Positions 1 through 6,885 of a DNA stretch of 25,470 bases are shown piece by piece. A program made the position numbers and the translations under genes. The stretch is taken from positions 1-25,470 of the forward strand of contig JACQLJ010000012.1 in the NCBI GenBank assembly GCA_016234065.1. The letters are read 5' to 3'. This DNA is from Candidatus Pacearchaeota archaeon. Its GTDB lineage: Archaea; Nanobdellota; Nanobdellia; Pacearchaeales; GW2011-AR1. A model generated the notes under the pieces. The model saw only the letters and a program-made list of their open reading frames with translations, did not search any database and was not told the origin of the DNA. Numbering within the stretch: the first letter of the stretch is position 1; each line of letters opens with the position of its first letter.

Positions 1-147
1 AATTATAACTATTAACTAAAAACATGAAATCTGTTAATTATTAATTGATAAAAATTATATCAATCGTGATTGTTAGCGAACGCAATTGTGCTTGATGTTT
101 AATAAGTCAATTAAAATTGAAGATTTCTAAACAAATCTTAAAAAGAA

Positions 148-384
148 TTATCTTGCTGCTTCCTCTAATGCATTAGCATATCTAACATAGGCTTGAGCCC
201 AAAACTTATCTGTATCTTTTCTAAATTTCTGGTCAAATTCAGATCTAAAATTAAAGGTCTTCCCATCATCACTTATTTTAATTAAACTCAACAACTCATG
301 CTCTGGAGATTTTCTTTTTAACGCTTCATAAGCCCTAGCAATCATTTCCAGTGCTGAATCATGCTCGTCTGCTATTCCTACCAT
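148..384 (-). CDS. hypothetical small protein (78 aa)
   Basis: Clean ORF with ATG (cat at 382-384) and TAA stop. Divergent from the next gene. No motif recognised. Confidence 0.45.
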   Translation of the reverse strand: MVGIADEHDSALEMIARAYEALKRKSPEHELLSLIKISDDGKTFNFRSEFDQKFRKDTDKFWAQAYVRYANALEEAAR

Positions 385-444
385 AAATTTCTGAGAAAAA
401 TCTGATTTATAAATATTTATATAACAAATAAAATCTCTCTAATT

Positions 445-1116
445 ATGAAACTCGGTGTTTTATTTTCCGGAGGCAAGGATTCAACTTTCGCAGCTTATTT
501 GGTAAAAAAGAATGGATACAAGATAGCTTGCCTAATTTCAATTGTTTCAGAAAACAAAGAAAGTTTTATGTTTCACACGCCGTCTATTTCCAAAACTTCA
601 GTTCAAAGTGAAGCAATGAGAATTCCTTTAATTGTTCAAGAAACAAAAGGTGAAAAAGAAACTGAACTGATGGATTTGAAGAAGGCGATTGAAAAAGCGA
701 AAAAAGAATTTCATATTGAAGGTATTGTTACAGGTGCTATAGAAAGTGTTTATCAAGCATCAAGAGTCCAGAAAATTTGTGATGAATTAAATTTGGAATG
801 TTTTAATCCTCTGTGGCTGAGAAATCAGTTTGAATTATTGCAGAATTTAATAAAAAATAAGTTTGAAGTTATTATCACTGGAGTTTTTGCCTATCCATTG
901 GATAAGACCTGGCTTGGAAAAAAAATAGACAAGAAATTTATTGAAGAAATAAAAAAACTGAATGAGAAATACAAAATAAATCCCGCTGGAGAAGGGGGAG
1001 AATTTGAAAGTTTTGTTTTAAATTGTCCTTTATTCAAAAAGAAATTAAAAGTAAAGAGTTTTCAAGATTTTTCAGCAGGAGAAAATTCATGGAGGAGAGA
1101 ATTGGAGATAGAATGA
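445..1116 (+). CDS. dph6: diphthine-ammonia ligase-like PP-loop ATPase (Dph6 / MJ0570 family)
   Basis: N-terminal PP-loop SGGKDS and C-terminal GEGGEFES motif, ~220 aa, typical of the MJ0570/Dph6 family. ATG at 445. Confidence 0.75.
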   Translation: MKLGVLFSGGKDSTFAAYLVKKNGYKIACLISIVSENKESFMFHTPSISKTSVQSEAMRIPLIVQETKGEKETELMDLKKAIEKAKKEFHIEGIVTGAIESVYQASRVQKICDELNLECFNPLWLRNQFELLQNLIKNKFEVIITGVFAYPLDKTWLGKKIDKKFIEEIKKLNEKYKINPAGEGGEFESFVLNCPLFKKKLKVKSFQDFSAGENSWRRELEIE

Positions 1117-1655
1117 TAAAAATAACTTACTTTGCGCATGGAACAACTACAGATAATGAAAAAAACATCTCAAGTGGATGGAATGATGTGGAACTTTCAG
1201 AATTAGGAATTAAACAATCCGAAGATTTAAGGAAAAAAATAGGAAACAAGAAATTTGATGTAGTTTTTTGTTCTGATTTGAAGAGGGCTATTGACTCTGC
1301 CAAGATTAACTTTGAGGGAAAATTCCCAATTAAAAAAGATAAACGGCTAAGAGAATGTAACTATGGGGACTTTAATGGGAAAAATTCAGATGTAGTTGAA
1401 CCACTACAGGAAAAATTCTTTAATAAAAAACTTCCGAATGGTGAAAGCTATGACGACGTTAAAAAAAGGGTAAATGAATTTCTTATATTTTTAAAAAAGA
1501 AGTATGACGGCAGAAAAATAGCAATAGTTAGCCACAAGGCACCGCAGCTTGCCTTGGATGTATTATTAAAAAACAAAACTTGGAAAGAAGCATTTGAAGA
1601 GGACTGGAGAAAAACCAAGTCCTGGCAACCTGGTTGGGAGTATGAGCTGAAATGA
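1113..1655 (+). CDS. histidine phosphatase superfamily protein (phosphoglycerate mutase-like)
   Basis: Motifs FAHGTT (position of RHG), SDLKRA, RLRECNYGDFNG, VSHKAP. ATG at 1113 overlaps the upstream stop (ATGA). The longer 1023 start lies inside the previous gene. Confidence 0.7.
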   Translation: MIKITYFAHGTTTDNEKNISSGWNDVELSELGIKQSEDLRKKIGNKKFDVVFCSDLKRAIDSAKINFEGKFPIKKDKRLRECNYGDFNGKNSDVVEPLQEKFFNKKLPNGESYDDVKKRVNEFLIFLKKKYDGRKIAIVSHKAPQLALDVLLKNKTWKEAFEEDWRKTKSWQPGWEYELK

Positions 1656-2086
1656 TAAAAAAACTAGATGAAAGTTTTTTAGAAGACATCGTTGAAGTCC
1701 ATAAAGACGCTATTTTTCCCATTTGGAATTCTTTAGGAAGGGAATATACTGAAAATGAAATAAGTGATTTTGTTATGAAAGTTATTCAGAAAGGAGAAGT
1801 TTTTGGATATTTTTCCGATAATAAATTAGTTGGAGTGGTTGGATTTGAAATTCATAAAGACAAGGATGCGGGAGAGATATGCTTTCTATTGGTAAATTCT
1901 GCTTTTCAAGGAAAGGGATTGGGCAAAGAATTAATGGATTTTGCAGAGGATAAATTAAAAATGAAGGTGCATAAATTATTTTTAGAGGTATTAACTAAAA
2001 ATCCTGCTGTTAATTTCTATAAACGGCTGGATTATGACATTTTGGACAAAAGAGGAAATAAATATGTGATGGAGAAGATGCTATGA
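1652..2086 (+). CDS. GNAT family N-acetyltransferase
   Basis: Acetyl-CoA motif A QGKGLGKELM, ~144 aa. ATGA overlap with the upstream gene. Confidence 0.75.
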   Translation: MIKKLDESFLEDIVEVHKDAIFPIWNSLGREYTENEISDFVMKVIQKGEVFGYFSDNKLVGVVGFEIHKDKDAGEICFLLVNSAFQGKGLGKELMDFAEDKLKMKVHKLFLEVLTKNPAVNFYKRLDYDILDKRGNKYVMEKML

Positions 2087-2574
2087 TTCTTGTAGTCAAT
2101 ATGTGCAAAGAAAAAATGCATGAACTGGAATTTGTAAAGCCGATTGAAGATATTTTAAGGAAAAGTAATAAGAAGTTTATCACAAAACATTACAAAAAAC
2201 TGAAGAAGGGAGATATAAACAACGCAAAAAAGATAATTATTTGTGGAACCTCACTGAAAGATAATGAATTCCTAAAAAACCTTGACAGATTTAATTGGAT
2301 TAAGGATTTCAAAAGACCTATTTTAGGAATTTGCGGCGGTTCGCATGTTATAGGATTAGCTCTTGGATACAAATTGAAAAAGAAAAAAGAAATTGGACTG
2401 AAAGAAATAAATATTGATAAAGAGTTTTTAGGAATTAATGGAAATATAAGCGTTTATCACTTGCATGGACTTTTGGTTTTGCCAGAAGTTTATCAAAAAG
2501 ACAATCTCTATGCGACGATTTTTCATCCAGAAGTCAGGAACAAAAAGATTATTGAGGAGTTTTTGAAGGTTTAG
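2083..2574 (+). CDS. class I glutamine amidotransferase-like protein (GuaA subunit A-like)
   Basis: Nucleophile elbow ILGICGGSH and C-terminal FHPE His-Glu pair. ATGA overlap with the upstream gene. No synthetase partner is adjacent. Confidence 0.6.
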   Translation: MILVVNMCKEKMHELEFVKPIEDILRKSNKKFITKHYKKLKKGDINNAKKIIICGTSLKDNEFLKNLDRFNWIKDFKRPILGICGGSHVIGLALGYKLKKKKEIGLKEINIDKEFLGINGNISVYHLHGLLVLPEVYQKDNLYATIFHPEVRNKKIIEEFLKV

Positions 2575-2879
2575 TTTAGCTTATTCTTGGAGATTTTATC
2601 CATAAGAAGGACTATCCCTTTAGTGGTTCCTACTTCACTTTCTAAATTGACTTTGAAGGCTTTTCCTACTATAGTGCCAACACTTCTACGACCAATCATC
2701 TCTATTCTTGCTTCATATTCTTCTTGGTTAACATTTCTTCTTTCTTGATCAAGACAATGCATATCACAAAGATTCCAAGCAATTCCTTCTTGAACATTAT
2801 TATCTAATCTACCAAGCCCATCAACAAATACATAACTCCACTCTTGACCATTGTAATTCAGAGTGTTATAAAATGACAT
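2571..2879 (-). CDS. hypothetical protein (102 aa)
   Basis: ATG/TAA verified codon by codon. Lies 24 nt downstream of hisS on the same strand. No motif recognised. Confidence 0.5.
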   Translation of the reverse strand: MSFYNTLNYNGQEWSYVFVDGLGRLDNNVQEGIAWNLCDMHCLDQERRNVNQEEYEARIEMIGRRSVGTIVGKAFKVNLESEVGTTKGIVLLMDKISKNKLN

Positions 2880-2903
2880 AAAAAACCAATCAAAAATGTA
2901 TTT

Positions 2904-4043
2904 TTAAATCTTTAGAATTGTTTCCTTTCCAGTTTTCATGTCTTTGACTTTGAACTTCTTTGATTTTAATTCTTTGGCGCCGACGAAAATAACTTTTCCT
3001 ATATAATAAGAATTTGCATACTCCAATGCCTTAGACGGCTTTCCGTAATAAATTATACATGATTTTCCTTTGCTTCTTATTTTCTGGCTAAGTTTAATTG
3101 CTTCGTCATCTTTGTTTAGAGAAACAACTAGATATTCTGGCGGATTTATTTCAATTCCTGCTGCCAACTCAGATAATCTCTCTATGCTTGCTCCAAAACC
3201 AACTGCTTGAATTCCGTCTATCATGTAACTTCCTCCGCCTATAATAGAGCCCTTCATTTTCGGAGATTTTATTTCAAAAACAGTTCCTGTATAATAACTC
3301 AATCCACGCGCAAGATATGGCTGGAATTCAACTTTGATTCCAAATTTTTCACAATATTCCTCAAGTTCTTGAATTTCTTTGTAAAACCTGTATTTTTTGA
3401 ATTTTTCTTTCGGTTGTTTTAATATCTTGAGTATTGATTCTGCGCCATAATTTTTTAGGTTTTGCTCAACTTCTCTTTCGTTTAATTTATCTAATTTGTC
3501 TATTTCTCTTATTACCTGTTTTCTGTCTGCTTCTCTTACATCAATACTTTCAAGAATCTCATTAAGGAGTTTTTTGTTGTTAATATAAATAATTCCTACA
3601 ATTTTTAGATTTTTTAACAATTCTCTCGCGAGTGCAAGAATTTCAGCGTCATCTTTTATTGTTGAACCGATTGTATCAACATCGCATTGTGTGAATTGGC
3701 GGAATCGGTTTTCAGAAACCGGCTCATCCCTGAAGACCTCTCCTATTTGATATCTTTTGTAGGGAAGTTTTTTTCCTTTTGCTATTCTCTTCAGTTGAAA
3801 AGTAAATTCATATCTAAGCGCAAGTTCTCTTTCTCCTTTGTCTTTCAGTTTGTAAGTGTCGCTAACTGCCTCATCACCCTGATTTTCACCAGTAACAAAA
3901 TCTTCATACTCAATCACAGGCGTCTCTGCTGGCTCAAATCCATAAAACTTGAAAGTTTCCAATATGATCTGCCTGACTTTGTCTCTTTTCATTGCTTCAG
4001 CTCCTGTGTAGTCATTAAACCCTTTGACTCTTTCCGTCATCAT
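2904..4043 (-). CDS. hisS: histidyl-tRNA synthetase
   Basis: Class II motifs VKGFNDY, LRYEFTFQLKR, YQIGEVFRDEP..FRQFTQCDVD, ARGLSYYTG, GGGSYM, AVGFGASIERL, plus a class IIa anticodon-binding-like C-terminus. Start overlaps the upstream stop (ATGA). Confidence 0.85.
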   Translation of the reverse strand: MMTERVKGFNDYTGAEAMKRDKVRQIILETFKFYGFEPAETPVIEYEDFVTGENQGDEAVSDTYKLKDKGERELALRYEFTFQLKRIAKGKKLPYKRYQIGEVFRDEPVSENRFRQFTQCDVDTIGSTIKDDAEILALARELLKNLKIVGIIYINNKKLLNEILESIDVREADRKQVIREIDKLDKLNEREVEQNLKNYGAESILKILKQPKEKFKKYRFYKEIQELEEYCEKFGIKVEFQPYLARGLSYYTGTVFEIKSPKMKGSIIGGGSYMIDGIQAVGFGASIERLSELAAGIEINPPEYLVVSLNKDDEAIKLSQKIRSKGKSCIIYYGKPSKALEYANSYYIGKVIFVGAKELKSKKFKVKDMKTGKETILKI

Positions 4044-4693
4044 TTTTTATTCTCCAGATTTTTAATTAACTTATCAACTTTTCTTTTTATTAACAATAAT
4101 ATATTCTTAATATTCTTTTTGTTTCCAAGTTGCTCATCTTTAACATTCCAAATTACAACTTTTTCTTCAATTGGAGCAAGTTGATAATCAAAAACAACTT
4201 TTGGAATATCGTTAGCAACAACTACAATTAAATCAGCATCTACCATTTCAGGAATTTTCAGCGGAATAGGTTTTCTTTTGTTTATGTCAATACCTAAAAC
4301 ATCTTTTGAGATTCTCGCTTGTTGATAATCCGGCTCTCCTCCCATGATGATTCCTCTGCTAATAACTTTAATTCTAGGATTTTTATTGATTTTTTTGAAA
4401 TATGCTTCAGCAACTCTGCTGCGAAAAACATTATGCTTGCATACGAAGATTAGTTTCATTTTACACCTTTTTGTTATTGTTAAAACTTCACAATTTAATA
4501 ATTTGTCTGAAGAGAGGGCTTTCGCCCCACTAATCAGATTTTCCTCAAGCTTGCAGGAATTTTGCTTGCATGCTTTTTCTTCACTTACATAGTTTAGTCC
4601 ACCTGTTCGCGGCCCAAAAATTCTTACTGATTCCTGGACTCCACGATAAAGGCAGTCACCACACTCCTTGTAAGGAAATTCTTTTCTTTCCAT
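4040..4693 (-). CDS. low-molecular-weight protein-tyrosine phosphatase/ArsC-family protein with a 78-aa Cys4 N-terminal extension
   Basis: P-loop CKHNVFRS (CX5R-S) at the start of the C-terminal 139 aa. ATG 4693 is preceded by AGGAGA with 5-nt spacing. An alternative ATG at 4459 is preceded by AAGGTG. The track start at 4768 is GTG. Confidence 0.7.
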   Translation of the reverse strand: MERKEFPYKECGDCLYRGVQESVRIFGPRTGGLNYVSEEKACKQNSCKLEENLISGAKALSSDKLLNCEVLTITKRCKMKLIFVCKHNVFRSRVAEAYFKKINKNPRIKVISRGIIMGGEPDYQQARISKDVLGIDINKRKPIPLKIPEMVDADLIVVVANDIPKVVFDYQLAPIEEKVVIWNVKDEQLGNKKNIKNILLLIKRKVDKLIKNLENKK

Positions 4694-4794
4694 TTTATCT
4701 CCTGTCAACCAGATTTTATTCAGTTGACTAAGACGCAGTTTCAAAATTTCCGACGTGAATATAATCACAACTTTTAGTTACAATGTTATTCTCC

Positions 4795-4801
4795 AAAAAA
4801 A
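4795..4801 (-). terminator. oligo-T tract (T7) after the tRNA-His / minihelix unit
   Basis: The minus strand reads CCCTTTTTTTGG directly after the hairpin. Archaeal terminators are oligo-T runs. Confidence 0.4.
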
Positions 4802-4802
4802 G

Positions 4803-4840
4803 GGCGGAAGCTGAAATTCTTACGAATTTCGCATACCACC
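4803..4840 (-). ncRNA. tRNA-His acceptor-stem-like minihelix (tRNA-derived hairpin)
   Basis: Minus strand: GGUGGUA UGC GAAAUUC-GUAA-GAAUUUC AG CUUCCGCC. It has a perfect 7-bp stem with a GNRA loop stacked under an acceptor-like stem. The 3' strand plus tail (CTTCCGCCCTTTT) is identical to the tRNA-His 3' end 54 nt upstream. Confidence 0.5.
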
Positions 4841-4856
4841 TTTTACTGCGTAAAAG

Positions 4857-4985
4857 GGCGGAAGGAGAGAATCGAACTCTCGTTTTACGGAATTCGCGAG
4901 CACGCTCGGAATTGACAAACAAAGTTTGCCCTTCGCGAACATCGCTCACCACAACCGCACGTACTTCCATTATACTACAACCGCC
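4857..4985 (-). tRNA. tRNA-His: tRNA-His (anticodon GUG) with a 57-nt intron at 37/38 and encoded G-1
   Basis: Hand fold: G-1, acceptor GCGGUUG/CUUCCGC, D arm GUAU-AAUGGAA-GUAC, anticodon stem UGCGG/CCGUA, loop UUGUGG|intron|U. Variable loop AAAC, T arm GAGAG-UUCGAUU-CUCUC, discriminator C73. The intron (4892-4948) forms a bulge-helix-bulge: 4-bp helix UUGU/GCGA flanked by 3-nt bulges GGU and AUU, inner helix GAGC/GCUC. Confidence 0.8.
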
Positions 4986-5009
4986 ATAATTGTTTTTAAT
5001 AGAAAACAC

Positions 5010-5019
5010 TATAAAAAAG
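5010..5019 (-). promoter_or_regulatory. TATA box of tRNA-His
   Basis: The minus strand reads CTTTTTTATAG, 24-34 nt upstream of G-1 (4985). Confidence 0.4.
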
Positions 5020-5045
5020 TTTTTGTAATTATTTTCAAGAAAAGC

Positions 5046-5106
5046 ACAACTAGAAAAATCACTTCTGGTGATGAACTCGTGCCCCCGGCGTCCGAGGGTT
5101 AGTTGT
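5046..5106. repeat. structured GC-rich intergenic element, copy A (61 nt)
   Basis: Ends ACAACTAG / TTAGTTGT pair. Internal hairpins are ATCAC-TTCTG-GTGAT and CTCG..GCCCCCGGC..CGAG. It shares blocks ACAACTA, CTGG, ACTCGTGCCCC and GGTTAGTTGT, in the same order, with 13258-13390. Confidence 0.55.
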
Positions 5107-5149
5107 AAAATTCATAAAATAAAAGAAGAAAAGCAGTTTTTAAACTTTC

Positions 5150-5617
5150 TTATATTGACTGGCAAACTTGCTGGTTTCCTGTGGAGTCATTGAAGTAAGC
5201 AACGATACCAACCTTATTCGCATTCGTAATTCCCGTAACTATTGCTGTTTGCGTCTTTGTCTGCAAAGGAACAATGTTTCCTGGCAAGTCATACACAAAA
5301 TTCTGAGTCGCTGAGGCATTTGTAAAGATAAGCTTCACTCCGGCAATATCATCGCCTCCGGCATTTCTCTTCAATGTAACATCACAAGTTGCGTTATTTG
5401 CTCCGGAACATTTCAAAGATGTCTCTTTTATGTCAACGCTGAGGCATTTTGAACCCAAATTAATATTTTCAGTTCCTCCTTTTATGATTCCCTGAACAAT
5501 AACCCAAACCAGAGCAACAGCACCTAAAACAAGGGCAAGAATTATGAGCATTATCACAATATCAGATATGGCTTTTTTTTCGTCTAAGATTGAGAATTGA
5601 CTAGAAACTCTTTTCAT
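5150..5617 (-). CDS. archaeal type IV pilin-like protein (class III signal peptide)
   Basis: N-terminus is a charged leader ..DEKKA followed by ISDIVIMLIILALVLGAVALVWVIV. The C-terminal domain has 4 Cys and N-x-S/T sequons. Confidence 0.6.
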   Translation of the reverse strand: MKRVSSQFSILDEKKAISDIVIMLIILALVLGAVALVWVIVQGIIKGGTENINLGSKCLSVDIKETSLKCSGANNATCDVTLKRNAGGDDIAGVKLIFTNASATQNFVYDLPGNIVPLQTKTQTAIVTGITNANKVGIVAYFNDSTGNQQVCQSI

Positions 5618-5638
5618 TGTTATCTAAAAGTTTTTTTG

Positions 5639-5646
5639 TTTATAAA
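5639..5646 (-). promoter_or_regulatory. TATA box (TTTATAAA) of the pilin gene, probably leaderless
   Basis: Palindromic TTTATAAA centred ~25 nt upstream of the pilin ATG (5617), in the 36-nt gap after gltX. Confidence 0.4.
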
Positions 5647-5653
5647 TCTTTTT

Positions 5654-6856
5654 CTACAAAGAATTAAATTGGTCAAGTAGCTCAAAAAAATCTTTTTTAG
5701 ACATTACCTTGTCATTGTCTGAAAGCCCAATGTGTTCCATCAATTTCCAGAATGCGCTTGGCTTATAGCCCTTCTTTCTTAACGAGATTAAAGTTGGAAG
5801 ATTTGGATCGTCCCATCCAGAATATTCTCCTTCTACAATTGCTTGCTTTATTTTTCTTTTTGACAACTCCAAATCCTTGAATTTTATTTTACCAAGAAAA
5901 GCAGCCCACGGCGGCTTTTTACCAAGGACTCTGTAAATCATTTCCTGCTTTTTTGCATTGTCAAAATGGTCTTTTCCTCTGATGGCGTGAGTAACCTTGG
6001 TTTCTATATCATCAACTGTTACAGCAAGGTTCATCAATGGCCATACTCTGTATTTATTTCCTTGAATGGGATGTTTTGTCAGATTTATCCTCGCCAAAGG
6101 AAAATCCCTCATAGCAGGATTAGGATTTTTCAAGTTGGACTTAAATCTTAAAACCGCTCCTCCCTGCTTAAATCCTTTTTTATCAAGCATTTTTTTCCAT
6201 CTTTCAAGATTTTCTTTTACGCTTAAATCCCTGCAAGGACATGCTTTCATATTTTCAGATAGTGCTTTGAATGATTCAGAGGAGCATATGCAAACATAAG
6301 CAACGGTCTTTTTTATCAGTTTTTCAGCATATCTGTAATATAATTCCATTCTTTCTGACTGGATTATTATTTTTGATTCATTATTGAAAAGCCATTTTAC
6401 ATCTTCAATTACTAAATCATAAAATTTTTTTTCAATTACATCAGGATTAGTATCTTCTATTCTCGTATAAAACTTGCCGTTGTATTTTTTAAAATAAAGG
6501 AAAGATAATGTTCCTGTGAATGCATTCCCCACATGCAAAGGTCCTGAAGGAGCAGGACCAAACCTTGTCACAATTCCAGAATTGGGAACATTTGGTAACT
6601 CCTCCAATCCTTCTCTTGTTTTTCTTTCAGAAACATCTTTTTTTAATTTCTCAAATTTCTCTCTCTGTTGATTAACTGAAAGAGAATTAATTTCAGAAAC
6701 AATTTCAGAGATTTTTCTTGAATATTTTTTTATGTCTTCTTTATTCAAGCCCTCATGAAACAGAGAAGAAATAACAGATCCCTGCTGCGCTTTTCCCTCA
6801 TGCGCCAACGCATTCTTCAGAGCATATGCAAGAGCTTTTTTTTCAAGGTCTTTCAT
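5654..6856 (-). CDS. gltX: glutamyl-tRNA synthetase, archaeal type, C-terminally short (400 aa)
   Basis: HIGH-type motif PSGPLHVGNA, KMSKS-type ELSKRK, GWDDPNLPTLISLRKKGY. The N-terminal helical domain (ALKNALAHEGKAQQGSV) resembles other archaeal GluRS. The ORF stops ~55 aa after WDDP. Confidence 0.8.
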   Translation of the reverse strand: MKDLEKKALAYALKNALAHEGKAQQGSVISSLFHEGLNKEDIKKYSRKISEIVSEINSLSVNQQREKFEKLKKDVSERKTREGLEELPNVPNSGIVTRFGPAPSGPLHVGNAFTGTLSFLYFKKYNGKFYTRIEDTNPDVIEKKFYDLVIEDVKWLFNNESKIIIQSERMELYYRYAEKLIKKTVAYVCICSSESFKALSENMKACPCRDLSVKENLERWKKMLDKKGFKQGGAVLRFKSNLKNPNPAMRDFPLARINLTKHPIQGNKYRVWPLMNLAVTVDDIETKVTHAIRGKDHFDNAKKQEMIYRVLGKKPPWAAFLGKIKFKDLELSKRKIKQAIVEGEYSGWDDPNLPTLISLRKKGYKPSAFWKLMEHIGLSDNDKVMSKKDFFELLDQFNSL

Positions 6857-6885
6857 AATTCAAAAACTGCAAAGAGATTAATAAA

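Noticed and set aside
1023-1112. Upstream extension of the histidine phosphatase ORF
   Set aside because: It overlaps the 3' end of the dph6-like gene by 94 nt. The homologous domain starts at MIKITYF with an ATGA junction.
3207-4184. Antisense ORFs inside hisS (3207-3422 and 3687-4184, +)
   Set aside because: They give low-complexity F/L/S-rich translations on the strand opposite a well-supported synthetase gene, which is typical of AT-rich antisense frames. The same applies to the other nested antisense ORFs in the track (for example 8032-8751, 10553-11082, 16166-16561, 19271-19858, 20696-21043).
4516-4528. GGGC-GAAA-GCCC (GNRA) hairpin and raised GC at 4490-4690, considered as a possible SRP or RNase P-like ncRNA
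   Set aside because: I could not find conserved SRP or RNase P motifs. The segment is an open frame continuous with the phosphatase and has an SD + ATG at 4693, so I treat it as coding.
4728-5009. Track ORFs 4728-5009 (-) and 4783-4989 (+), 93 and 68 aa
   Set aside because: Both lie over the tRNA-His gene and the minihelix. One starts with GTG. The open frames result from the GC-rich RNA sequence.
5065-5074. GTGATGA in element A, considered as the C box of a C/D box sRNA
   Set aside because: There is no CUGA D box or C'/D' pair at suitable spacing on either strand. Copy B lacks the GTGATGA.
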